Origin: a virus
DNA length: 64,000 bases
Strand: one strand, 5' to 3'
IMG/VR virus record: IMGVR_UViG_3300025009_000054
Location: 1 to 64,000 of that record
In this document: in pieces, positions 48,031 through 57,814 of the stretch
Position numbering within the stretch: the first letter of the stretch is position 1
Layout: every line of letters starts with the position of its first letter
Translations under genes and position numbers: made by a program
Notes under the pieces: generated by a model
What the model was told of the DNA's origin: nothing
Database searches by the model: none
What the model saw: only the letters and a program-made list of their open reading frames with translations

Positions 48031-49140
48031 CTACGACCAGGAATCCACTATCGTAGCACCACCGGACATTGCATTAGCCATGTCCTGTTCCTCGGTATCA
48101 TATACTCTAACAGACGATGGCATCGATTTACGCCCATCATTATATGCAGCCTTGATTGCCATAGAATCTCCATCTTCTACATATGGAAGCCTATCGTAAT
48201 ACTCAGGCGTCTCATCTAGATGAGCAAGAGCTATTTTAGCCGTCTCGATATCATCGTCGTCTGTGATGTTATTTTTACCAGCCTTAGTCCCATGCTCCAG
48301 CTCCACGTTTAGCCCATCGCAGAAGTCTTCTACCGTGAACGGGTTTGTATCCCAATTTATGCCAAGCTTCTCACCGATCTTCTTGGCTTCATCAATAGAG
48401 AATTTAGAGCGATGTTCCTTTTGTGCCGATACAGTCTTACATCTTGGGCATTTCTTACCTGTAAACTTCATACCACACTGTTTACATCTTACTTCTTGCA
48501 CTTCTTCTTCATATGGACCATGAATGCCCTTGTCGTACCGTTCTCCGTTAACCCTAACTTCTCCACCAGGCCATATTGAGACAGCCTTTTCACCATAAGC
48601 ATTCATGAGATATCCGGTAACATCGTTGATCCTTTGATCTTCAGCATGCTCCGCTGCTTCTTCACGCTGCTTCTTCATCTTCATCATGTACCCAAGCCAG
48701 CGTTTATGCTTCTCCTGCTTCTCCTGGTCTGATAGTCCAGCTACTGCGGCCATGCCACTCCGCTCGTGTATGTCCTCTACAATCTCGTCCATTTCAGACT
48801 GTGGGATTTTAGAACGTACACCATGTGGTATGTCATGCTCATGTTTAACCGAAATAACATCGTCACGGTCAACATTCTCGTCAAATAGGTCAATAGCAGT
48901 ATGTATGGGATGCTCAACGTAGTTTGGCATGGATTCACCAGTTGGGTAAACGAACGTGTAGCCACTCCTACCCTTCTTAGTGACCACTACATTATCGTCA
49001 CCCATGACATATATACGAGTATCTCTATCTGGAAGATCGTACCTCTCGCGTACTACAATACCAGGTTCATTATCTGGTCCAAGTTCTGTTGCCCTCATTT
49101 GAGCTATTCTACCTGGACCAGTAAATCGAATACTATCCAT
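48031..49140 (-). CDS. modular protein with DUF5661-like domain
   Basis: GLNVELEHG...TDDD..TAKIALAHLDETPEYYDRL; CKQC..CPRC. Confidence 0.7.
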   Translation of the reverse strand: MDSIRFTGPGRIAQMRATELGPDNEPGIVVRERYDLPDRDTRIYVMGDDNVVVTKKGRSGYTFVYPTGESMPNYVEHPIHTAIDLFDENVDRDDVISVKHEHDIPHGVRSKIPQSEMDEIVEDIHERSGMAAVAGLSDQEKQEKHKRWLGYMMKMKKQREEAAEHAEDQRINDVTGYLMNAYGEKAVSIWPGGEVRVNGERYDKGIHGPYEEEVQEVRCKQCGMKFTGKKCPRCKTVSAQKEHRSKFSIDEAKKIGEKLGINWDTNPFTVEDFCDGLNVELEHGTKAGKNNITDDDDIETAKIALAHLDETPEYYDRLPYVEDGDSMAIKAAYNDGRKSMPSSVRVYDTEEQDMANAMSGGATIVDSWS

Positions 49141-49158
49141 TACTAACTCCAGTCAGCT

Positions 49159-50286
49159 CTATACGCTAGCCCATTCCTCATTAGACGAATAATACGCCTT
49201 AGCTCCATTGCATTCCCAATATGGAACATATCCTCCGCGATCTGCACCCTCTGGGTGGGCGTCAACATATCCAGTTCCAGGGCAGTCAATGGGCTTTTCA
49301 TCTATGCCCAGTATTTGAACCTTACCTTTATTTACATCTGGGAACGCAGACTTCTGATTCAGCTCTTCAGCTAACTCTTCATTAGTCATAGAATCACCGC
49401 CAGAACCTGACATATCGTACTGTGCAGTTCTTGGTTCAGAGTTATCAGAGTAGCCACCCTGCTGTAGGGCATTATCGAATTCTTTTCTATCCCAGGTATG
49501 CTGTTCATTATCTTCTGTGGGCCCACCTACACCATGAATAGCTAGCACTATCGCATTATAGGCATCGCCATCTTGAGATCCAGGCTCAACATCACTGATA
49601 AGACCATTAGGACCGGAGACTTCTATGCTGCCCCACTCTGAATCTGACTCATATGAGACTCCATTGATTAGCCACTCTTGGTGGAAGTTACCATCATTTT
49701 CATCAGTCGATACGAGCCGAATATTGATGGTACCACCCTGCTCTTGTGCGGTTCTTGGTTTACCACTGTTAAGTTCATCCTGATCTGCGGGAGCGGTAGT
49801 CATATCTTGATACTTCACTACATATTTTGGTTTTCCGGTAGTGGGATCAATTGTAGAGCTGTCGATAGTACCGGATTTACCATTATAATTCACCTGCTGG
49901 CCATTACTATAGGTCTGCTGTGCCGTTTTCGACATAGCAACCTTGGCCCCACCAAACGATAGTGGCTTTAGACCTTTCGCTTGCAAGTAGCCACGTACCA
50001 TGTCATCATCGTCATCTTGCGCTCTAACAAGCATTTCGCCATCAACCATCCATATAGCTCCAGTTGACGGATGCTGATATACGCCCTTACCGTGATCTAC
50101 TAGCTGCGCGGTTACAGACCTACTAAACGGCACACTATCCCTGCCCTCTAGAACTACAGAAGTAGGGTCAATTTTATTACTAGCCGTCCTCATGCTGGCT
50201 GTCCGGTTCTCAGCGATAGCATCGGATTCTAAGTCTGTAAGAAAACTTGGCAGTTCATCGTACTGCCGCGCTATTTTTCTAAACAT
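49159..50286 (-). CDS. modular putative virion cargo polyprotein
   Basis: RTASMRTAS, KTAQ and two PRTAQ; last module paralogous to 23317..23649. Confidence 0.75.
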   Translation of the reverse strand: MFRKIARQYDELPSFLTDLESDAIAENRTASMRTASNKIDPTSVVLEGRDSVPFSRSVTAQLVDHGKGVYQHPSTGAIWMVDGEMLVRAQDDDDDMVRGYLQAKGLKPLSFGGAKVAMSKTAQQTYSNGQQVNYNGKSGTIDSSTIDPTTGKPKYVVKYQDMTTAPADQDELNSGKPRTAQEQGGTINIRLVSTDENDGNFHQEWLINGVSYESDSEWGSIEVSGPNGLISDVEPGSQDGDAYNAIVLAIHGVGGPTEDNEQHTWDRKEFDNALQQGGYSDNSEPRTAQYDMSGSGGDSMTNEELAEELNQKSAFPDVNKGKVQILGIDEKPIDCPGTGYVDAHPEGADRGGYVPYWECNGAKAYYSSNEEWASV

Positions 50287-50352
50287 GTGACACCTCCAAA
50301 GTGTTTGCTAATCAATATAGTAGGGTATGAGATATTTACGGTGATGTTCAAA

Positions 50353-50385
50353 AGTGTAGACGCACAACGAGAGCTAGGTGGTGCC
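50353..50385 (-). promoter_or_regulatory. ECF-type promoter motif copy heading the run that includes the ECF sigma gene
   Basis: AGTGTAGACG-N17-GGTGCC. Confidence 0.8.
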
Positions 50386-50393
50386 AATAATAA

Positions 50394-52127
50394 CTACCTG
50401 TAACGACTTCTATTCATGGGCGCACCGCCACCTCCACCAGATAATCCTCTACCCATCGCAGGGGTTCTCGCCCTCTGTCCTCCACCGCCACGGATAACAC
50501 GCTTAATATGCATGAGTTTATCTGCTATATAGCATACCATGGCATCAGCACATGGGTGATCGTCGTGTTCACCATTTGGCGCACAAATCTTCTTATTAGG
50601 AGAGTTTAGCATGGTGTGTTTTTCTAGGTTTTCCCATTGTCTAACCGAATTCTGAAATGGCTTATGGCCACTACCACCATCATACCCATCAATAGCTGAC
50701 CTATCTGGATATTTAAATAGCCCACGGTCAACTTCCATAAGTATGTGGTCAAATATGGCATTTTTCCAGTTTTTGCCAGATTCTGGGTCTGTCCTACTGT
50801 ACATAATACCATATACGCCAATACCCTTCAAACTCTGCCTAGCAAAATCGAGTACAGGCTGTCCGCATCCGGTCATATCAATGATTAACGCTTTACATGG
50901 GAATCTTCCATCTTTTGATATCAGCGACCTAACCCACTCAAGCTGTACGGTGTAGTCAGTGCCGTACCTCTCATCGCTATGCACTTTAGTCTTTAGATCT
51001 TCCACTTTCCTAACAATACTGAGTGCAGACCAGTCATTTTTACCAGTACCATCAGAATCGGTTGATGAACCTCCAGCAGGATCCCATGATGCATAGTATT
51101 CGCCACCATCCCATGATGTGCTACCATGTATTATCGGACCACCACCAAGCATGCCCTCTACCTGCTCTTCACTAAAGAAGAGGTCTGCATCTACAAGCCA
51201 TTCAAGCATATACTGTGTTCGGAAGTCATCTGGTATCATATCTCCAGGTAGATCGTGTATCCTCATTGTACGTCCATCGACTATAACAATCGGGTTATGA
51301 GGATATGTCTCCTGCTTGATAGCTATCGGCATTCGATCAAGTACATATCTAGATGTCTGTGTTCCATCTACATCGATAGTACCAGATCTATTGAGGATCC
51401 CGCACATTTCCCATGGGAATATACACTTCGTATATGTCGGGTCTTTGAACGAGTGATGAAAGTGGTTACGTAGTCTTGGTGTGCCGGACTTTATAATTCT
51501 TGCTCCCCAAGCACCTCCCATTGGGAGGATTACTTCGGAGACGACCTTATCGCTTACTTTCTGCGACTCGTCAATCATTATCAATCCAGCACTAAAACCT
51601 TCGATATTTGCCATTTCACTAGCTGACGCCTGTGAAATCTGAATACCTGGTTCACGTGACCATTTAGTACCCTTATCCTTAAAGACGATTGTACCCTTGG
51701 TAGACGATTTCCAATCAACTATATCATCAAAGTATGGCCTATACCTAGCACGTTCATGTATACGGTTAAGTACTAATGCAGCTTGACCTTCTCTAGGACC
51801 AAATATGAGTATATTACCGTGTTCCTTCTTCGTGTACCTATCGCCAAGAATAAGGGATCCCTGCGCCAGAGAGTCGGTCTTTCCTGTCTGTCTTGTCATA
51901 AGTAGACAGACCTTAGCCAGAGCTCTATTTGCAATGGCGTTTACTGCGGCAATCTGGTTCTCATAGACAACGATGCCCATGTTCTTCTCAACATAGTACC
52001 TATTATCTAATTCAGCCGCAAAGATATTGCCGATATCAGTAGCTGTTATTCCATTATACGCTGGTTGCTGCGACAATTTCTTCACCTTTAGTCTTATAGA
52101 TATACTTCTCGGCGAGTTCATGTCCAA
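50394..52127 (-). CDS. terL: terminase large subunit
   Basis: Walker A MTRQTGKT, Walker B IMIDESQ, SGTP coupling motif, nuclease residues ASWDPAG...IDMTGCG...HDDHPCAD. Confidence 0.9.
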   Translation of the reverse strand: MDMNSPRSISIRLKVKKLSQQPAYNGITATDIGNIFAAELDNRYYVEKNMGIVVYENQIAAVNAIANRALAKVCLLMTRQTGKTDSLAQGSLILGDRYTKKEHGNILIFGPREGQAALVLNRIHERARYRPYFDDIVDWKSSTKGTIVFKDKGTKWSREPGIQISQASASEMANIEGFSAGLIMIDESQKVSDKVVSEVILPMGGAWGARIIKSGTPRLRNHFHHSFKDPTYTKCIFPWEMCGILNRSGTIDVDGTQTSRYVLDRMPIAIKQETYPHNPIVIVDGRTMRIHDLPGDMIPDDFRTQYMLEWLVDADLFFSEEQVEGMLGGGPIIHGSTSWDGGEYYASWDPAGGSSTDSDGTGKNDWSALSIVRKVEDLKTKVHSDERYGTDYTVQLEWVRSLISKDGRFPCKALIIDMTGCGQPVLDFARQSLKGIGVYGIMYSRTDPESGKNWKNAIFDHILMEVDRGLFKYPDRSAIDGYDGGSGHKPFQNSVRQWENLEKHTMLNSPNKKICAPNGEHDDHPCADAMVCYIADKLMHIKRVIRGGGGQRARTPAMGRGLSGGGGGAPMNRSRYR

Positions 52128-52434
52128 TAATACGTTCTGGCTTTACTCCAAGCTTTGCGGCACGTTCAATACCCTGCCCGACGCCTTCTTCCATTTCACC
52201 ATCTGAGAGTGGTCCTTCAGCTAGTGCCTCTGATACGACGTGTGCTTCCTTATTGGCACGATCATCATTACAATAAAATCCTGGTCCAATAAATCTTGTA
52301 GCTACACGACGTGATAGCTGTTTTTCTGTTTTAGTACCACAGGCACATTCCGGTCCATTATTCATTTCAGAAACAGATCTAAATACTTCCTGAGTATCTC
52401 CGCATTTTGTACACTTATATTCATAGAGTGGCAT
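52054..52434 (-). CDS. FmdB-family zinc-ribbon protein
   Basis: MPLYEYKCTKCG...CACG...FIGPGFYCND. Confidence 0.85.
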   Translation of the reverse strand: MPLYEYKCTKCGDTQEVFRSVSEMNNGPECACGTKTEKQLSRRVATRFIGPGFYCNDDRANKEAHVVSEALAEGPLSDGEMEEGVGQGIERAAKLGVKPERIIGHELAEKYIYKTKGEEIVAATSV

Positions 52435-54041
52435 TATCCACACCTCCTAAGGTTTCTTGCTTTTACTATAAATCTACGTGCGGCACCACGCCATTCCCTA
52501 GATGGATCATCATGGAAGTTGCGTGTAGTCTGATGGTTTATATCTTTATCCCACTGTCCGGTGTATTTACCATCAGATAGATCTAATAATTCTTCATTAA
52601 CATTAAATAGATCTGTGTTGGCGAAATTATCTCCATTTGGTGTGTACTCGATGATGGATCCGCCGTTATGGTGGACATGCACACCATAGCTTACTGCAGC
52701 GGCAAGTTGCCCATCATCTTTTGCATTTGTAATCATGTAGTACAGCGTGCTTATTCCAATGGCCGCATCATCGCTAACTGAGTTACCATCTTTACTCCTA
52801 CCTGGTAGCATCGCCGCTGAGTTCATTAAATTTGATATTATCATCATTCCAATAGAGTTGTTTAACAGCGATATCTCCGTAAACAACTCTGACATATACC
52901 ATATATCATCGATGTCACTTTTATATTCCTCAGGTATACGATTTATCGCCCTGTACACGACATCAGGATATTCTTTCTTCAATTGGTCGACGAATCCATG
53001 TACGACGCTCAATTTCCCATTTTGTCTAAGGGCAAATGATATCGATGATATATGGCCTACTGCCCATTCCATACATGCGTTTTCAAATTCATACGCCATA
53101 CGGCTAGTTACGTCCTTGAATTCCGACTGCAACTTATCATAGTCAGCCATAGCATTACCGCCGAACGACAACTTATATTCAAGCTCGTACCACCTTTTGA
53201 TGAGGTCTACATCTATTGAGATGCCATCGGCTTGTGCTGTTCTCATACTAATAGATTCACCTTGACTATCAACCAATATATCCCTAATCGTAGTACCTGT
53301 AGTAATCACAACTCCTGGATTAATATAATATGTCTTACTATTATCACTGTTACTAAACTTCCATATTGACTCAGCCTCATCACTACCGAAATATAATGCA
53401 CTCTCCCCTAATGATGCCTCCAATGCTATTGCTAGATCATCACCACGACCTGGATTATCACTAAAGTCTGGTCTGCCAGGGCATATATATCCAGCCATTA
53501 TATCGTACAGTGTTATAGCGCTATCCCTTGGCTCATCTAGAAAATCATATCCAATATTATGAAACCACTCCTGTATATCATCAAGGTTCGATCTTATCCA
53601 TTGATTAAACGGATCACTCTGTGCTGTTCTCATAGCTGTGGTATTAAACTGGCCAGGCACAGGTATTACTGGCTCTACTACAGGTTGATAATTTGGATTG
53701 TCACCACCGATGGATTCTTCCCACGTTTTCGGCTTATTCTTACCAAAGTATACTGCCGCAGCTAGCGCATGGCTACAGAACCTGTTGCGCAAGTGGAATC
53801 TCTGCATAATCTTGCACCACTGGCCCCACAAACAGTCACAGCTCCACCAGTTTACAGCCTCTGGGTTTGATCTACCACCAGGATATGCGAGTACTATATT
53901 GTATGTACCATGATGGCCATCAACTGTACCCTCAAATCGCTCTGGTGTCATCACACTTGGATGAACAGCACCACTATGGTATAGCTTAAATGCCTTACGC
54001 TTTACATCAGACCACGCGGCCTTACGTTCCATCTCATTCAT
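52434..54041 (-). CDS. SWIM zinc-finger modular protein, putative virion cargo
   Basis: WSCDCLWG...CSHALA; two MRTAQ; N-terminal ERKAA. Confidence 0.75.
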   Translation of the reverse strand: MNEMERKAAWSDVKRKAFKLYHSGAVHPSVMTPERFEGTVDGHHGTYNIVLAYPGGRSNPEAVNWWSCDCLWGQWCKIMQRFHLRNRFCSHALAAAVYFGKNKPKTWEESIGGDNPNYQPVVEPVIPVPGQFNTTAMRTAQSDPFNQWIRSNLDDIQEWFHNIGYDFLDEPRDSAITLYDIMAGYICPGRPDFSDNPGRGDDLAIALEASLGESALYFGSDEAESIWKFSNSDNSKTYYINPGVVITTGTTIRDILVDSQGESISMRTAQADGISIDVDLIKRWYELEYKLSFGGNAMADYDKLQSEFKDVTSRMAYEFENACMEWAVGHISSISFALRQNGKLSVVHGFVDQLKKEYPDVVYRAINRIPEEYKSDIDDIWYMSELFTEISLLNNSIGMMIISNLMNSAAMLPGRSKDGNSVSDDAAIGISTLYYMITNAKDDGQLAAAVSYGVHVHHNGGSIIEYTPNGDNFANTDLFNVNEELLDLSDGKYTGQWDKDINHQTTRNFHDDPSREWRGAARRFIVKARNLRRCG

Positions 54042-54060
54042 ATTATACTCCTATGTGGTA

Positions 54061-55044
54061 CTATCCTTTATTTCTAGTTTGCAACGTATTACGTTCTGGT
54101 ATCTTATAGTAATCGATACCCATATCATCATTATATGCAGACTCAAGTTGTGGCCTATCGATAACATATATCTGGCTATTATCGAACACTATATATGATT
54201 TCCCACCCTCATATTCGTTATCATAGATAATTCCATCATAACCCTTAGACTTAAGGACGCTCACAAAATCTTGTGGAGTTTTTATCGTACCATCAGTAAA
54301 CTCCTCAGATACTCGACTATCACTACCGAACGCATTTTTGAGATTCTGTACCTCGTCCCAATATAAGGGATCACGATTAGTGTACATAGGGTTATTTATA
54401 CGCAAATACGCACGAAATACGTATGGGTCGGTATCACTCTCGTATCTATCATATGACGACTCTACGGCACCAGTCATATTATCGAAAGTACCCTTATCTC
54501 CAAAGTGGAAACCAATATCACCGTGTTCAAAGGTAGTAAAATCCTTATCAGTTATGTGATACACCACCATCGGCTTTCCATTACCATCAACTACCTTTGA
54601 TCCATTAAACCACGCCTCTACATCTGTATCTGTAGTTTGTGATGCTCTCTGTCCTGGAAATCTATTGGTTACAGGTGATCCCACGGTGCTCGGCATGTAA
54701 CCACGTGTAGCATCATTGATTTCCATCCCGCCCATTACAGGACTAACATTAAATAACATTAATAGGTCTGGATTGTCCTTCGATTCTTCTACGATATTTC
54801 CAATAGCTGTTACTCGATCAGGATATGTGTCCGCATTATACAAATCTATAAATAGCGGCTTATACTTGTCTGCGGCCATAGCTGACTGCTCACTACTGTA
54901 GATGATATCGGCGTATCCTATGAGCTGATTATAGAGATCATCAACTAGTTTTGGGTCGAACCATCCTTGTGAATCATTTCTATATAATTCACCAAGCTCA
55001 ATGACGTTAATTTGTTGTGCCGAAGACTTCATTTGTTCCTCCAT
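54061..55044 (-). CDS. protein with ART-PolyVal-like ADP-ribosyltransferase-fold domain
   Basis: WFNGSKVVDGNGKPMVVYH...GFHFG...AYLRINNP...GYDGIIYDNEYEG..SYIVFD. Confidence 0.7.
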   Translation of the reverse strand: MEEQMKSSAQQINVIELGELYRNDSQGWFDPKLVDDLYNQLIGYADIIYSSEQSAMAADKYKPLFIDLYNADTYPDRVTAIGNIVEESKDNPDLLMLFNVSPVMGGMEINDATRGYMPSTVGSPVTNRFPGQRASQTTDTDVEAWFNGSKVVDGNGKPMVVYHITDKDFTTFEHGDIGFHFGDKGTFDNMTGAVESSYDRYESDTDPYVFRAYLRINNPMYTNRDPLYWDEVQNLKNAFGSDSRVSEEFTDGTIKTPQDFVSVLKSKGYDGIIYDNEYEGGKSYIVFDNSQIYVIDRPQLESAYNDDMGIDYYKIPERNTLQTRNKG

Positions 55045-56441
55045 TGCTGAATCCTACTCTCTATATACGCCTTAATCTTCTCGTATGTTGCACGATACAC
55101 TTGATGACCCTTCATATAGGTATTGTAGAATGGGTCACTCTCGTCTTCTTTAGGGCGCACTAGACCCATCTTTTCCATATCCTCAATCTCACCTTCCCAA
55201 GCGATATCGGCAGCGAGTTGTGCGTACTTATATGGGTCTTTAAGCACTCTCTTCGTTGCAGGTGAGTTATCGGTTAGCGCATTTCCAATGAGGTCAAATA
55301 CGTGCCTATCTTCTAGTCTTACAGCAACATCCCCAGGCGTACAATACGCAAAATCTCTACCTTGGGCTGTCATGATATATATCTGGCGTTCGGCATCCCA
55401 TGTTGCTGTATATGGATTCTCGAAATCACCTGGCTCGTACCAATCGTCGTTATCATCACCACCGTATCCACGATCTATATCTATCGGAGTACGCGGTGGT
55501 GCAGTCGTTATCCTTGATTGTGCCTCTCTCCATCCAAATATTTTTGACACATGAGAAAGCATTTCATTGGACATGCCATGCTTCCTTCTCTCTTCCTTCA
55601 ATGTAGATAGTACATGTATATACCCATATCTTTCAAGGATTTTGTATACAATATTGGCTGGTAGCCAATTTCTAGACATCTTAAATATCTCATCATCTGA
55701 TGCGTCCATTGGCATGTTGAAAGCGGATATTCTTTCTTGATGAATCTGTTCATATTGCTTAACCATGCGACGTATATCAGCATCAACCTCGGCCATAGCA
55801 CCAATAAGCCTAAACGTAAACCACTTATCGAGCTGACCATCAGCCTCTGATGCATATTCCCTAAGTAGTCTTAGATCGGTTAAGTCTCTACTAAGTTTGC
55901 CACCTTCAATATCAAACATTCGTGCGTAGTGGATGGCTTTCATCCATATAAAGTCCATTATGCCACGTGGGCTCCATGATATATCAAGATGCGGAGGCAT
56001 CTTTAGCCATACATTACCGTCAATACTGTATATGGCATCGGATTCAAGCTTATTATCAGTCCTCATATAATAATTAATGGGGTGATGTGTTCCTGGTATT
56101 ACTTCACCGTTAATGCCACGAATAATATGAAGTAATGTGGTCCACGCATCCTTCTCATCAGCATCAACCCCATTAGCCATTTCAAACTTATCCCTATCAA
56201 TAATTACAGTGACATCAATATCGCTGTCATTTGTCCACTGTTCAGTTGCTGAGCTACCGATAAGATATAGTAATGTCCACTGATTCGGGTCATTGAAGTA
56301 TCCGGATAAAGCATCGAATATGCGTAGAGTCACCATGCCCTTTATATCATCACGTAGTACTGGCACATCATCAGATGTGTTCCATATATCCGGCGACAGC
56401 TTATTGTGTGGAAGGTCGATAATCGACGCTTTTCTATCCAT
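55029..56441 (-). CDS. pol-beta-superfamily nucleotidyltransferase domain protein
   Basis: LIGSSATEQWTNDSDIDV...HPINYY. Confidence 0.78.
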   Translation of the reverse strand: MDRKASIIDLPHNKLSPDIWNTSDDVPVLRDDIKGMVTLRIFDALSGYFNDPNQWTLLYLIGSSATEQWTNDSDIDVTVIIDRDKFEMANGVDADEKDAWTTLLHIIRGINGEVIPGTHHPINYYMRTDNKLESDAIYSIDGNVWLKMPPHLDISWSPRGIMDFIWMKAIHYARMFDIEGGKLSRDLTDLRLLREYASEADGQLDKWFTFRLIGAMAEVDADIRRMVKQYEQIHQERISAFNMPMDASDDEIFKMSRNWLPANIVYKILERYGYIHVLSTLKEERRKHGMSNEMLSHVSKIFGWREAQSRITTAPPRTPIDIDRGYGGDDNDDWYEPGDFENPYTATWDAERQIYIMTAQGRDFAYCTPGDVAVRLEDRHVFDLIGNALTDNSPATKRVLKDPYKYAQLAADIAWEGEIEDMEKMGLVRPKEDESDPFYNTYMKGHQVYRATYEKIKAYIESRIQQWRNK

Positions 56442-56456
56442 ATCACTCTCCTATAA

Positions 56457-56744
56457 TTAATTCTTTATTCCATCTATCACTGAGGCTACTGCACAATCAA
56501 TCATGCCGCGCCAATCATGTGATTCTACCTGTTTCAAAAATCTCCTAATCGAGAAATCAGTCATATTTATCTTAATGCCGTGGATAGAAATACGTATAGT
56601 CTCAAATTTGCCAGTGAACGTTCCTAATATAAACGACTCAATATCTGTACTCGGCACTTTCGATACTATAGCATCCATCGTTTCTTGCATAAACATCTTA
56701 CCAAGTACTGGTGCTACAATTTTACTGATAAATGATAGATTCAT
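56457..56744 (-). CDS. hypothetical protein
   Basis: ORF track. Confidence 0.6.
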   Translation of the reverse strand: MNLSFISKIVAPVLGKMFMQETMDAIVSKVPSTDIESFILGTFTGKFETIRISIHGIKINMTDFSIRRFLKQVESHDWRGMIDCAVASVIDGIKN

Positions 56745-56757
56745 TTCATTCTTCTTT

Positions 56758-57111
56758 CTATACCCTAAGGTCTATCTCGTCGCCAACCACATAACCATTA
56801 GAGTTGAACCATCCAGCATTAGCCTCTACAGCCCAGCTAGATTCTGGTGGTGCCACGCTCGTGTCCACCTCTGGTCTTACAGTATCTATAGCTGTTATGA
56901 TATTGTCATCACGCACGTAGCAGATATCGATGGAGAAGCGGACGTTTCTCATGTGATATCCCGCGCCACCATGCGTAGGGAATAATAGCCCCTTATCACC
57001 ATCTAAGGAAGCTACGTGCTGTAGCCCACGCATCTGCTTCTCTCGTGTATCCATATACGAAAGATGCATAATGACATCTCCAAACTTATTAGCTATCAGT
57101 GGATTCACCAT
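56758..57111 (-). CDS. DUF192-family protein
   Basis: RGLQ...GLLF...HMRNVRFSIDI...AVEANAGWF...VGD. Confidence 0.85.
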   Translation of the reverse strand: MVNPLIANKFGDVIMHLSYMDTREKQMRGLQHVASLDGDKGLLFPTHGGAGYHMRNVRFSIDICYVRDDNIITAIDTVRPEVDTSVAPPESSWAVEANAGWFNSNGYVVGDEIDLRV

Positions 57112-57775
57112 CTATTATTCCATCCTCATCGTCATTATTGTGTGGTAAAATGTGTGATGTATCTATTATACTCGATTCGATGGATGCTAGTCTCTCCATT
57201 ACACGTCTGGCAAACTCCGGTTCCTGTCCAGGGAACATTTCCTTAACAACTGCGGCTACAGCCCTACTAAACGTGCTAATCTCCATGTTGATGATACTGA
57301 CGTTCATAACGTCTCCGCCAGTTCCGACGCCCTCTAGAGCTGCTAAGTCGCGTACCAGTCCTCGCGCTTCTCCGATATACCCTTGAATTGTTTTATGAGG
57401 CAACTGGTGTGGGGGAATATTCTCTAACATTTCGATAAAACCGATGACTTTGGACAATAGCATGTTCAGTGTAGAAGCCTTGTCGTTCATATCGAGCTTT
57501 CCTATTTTGTATAGCTCATTGATAGACTTCATTTCTGACGATACCATTATTTGATTCGCTACTGCTTCAGTTGTTACTTTTGCATCACCCATATGTTTTT
57601 TCTTATGGGCGTATAGTGCACGTAGATTATACTTAATCGTGAATCGTTCTAGTATCTCTCTTTGTATCTCAGGCATAGATTTATTCAGGAGTATCATACT
57701 CTCAATAAGGTTACGATGTCCTGAATTACATACACTACACGTTGGATTATGTTTTGACATTGCTTTAGTAGCCAT
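57089..57775 (-). CDS. putative terminase small subunit
   Basis: CSVC..H/HTH-like N-terminus, helical core, position upstream of terL; inferred. Confidence 0.5.
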   Translation of the reverse strand: MATKAMSKHNPTCSVCNSGHRNLIESMILLNKSMPEIQREILERFTIKYNLRALYAHKKKHMGDAKVTTEAVANQIMVSSEMKSINELYKIGKLDMNDKASTLNMLLSKVIGFIEMLENIPPHQLPHKTIQGYIGEARGLVRDLAALEGVGTGGDVMNVSIINMEISTFSRAVAAVVKEMFPGQEPEFARRVMERLASIESSIIDTSHILPHNNDDEDGIIDGESTDS

Positions 57776-57814
57776 ATGAAACTCCTATATTCTATTATAA
57801 ATAGTAGCTAGGGA

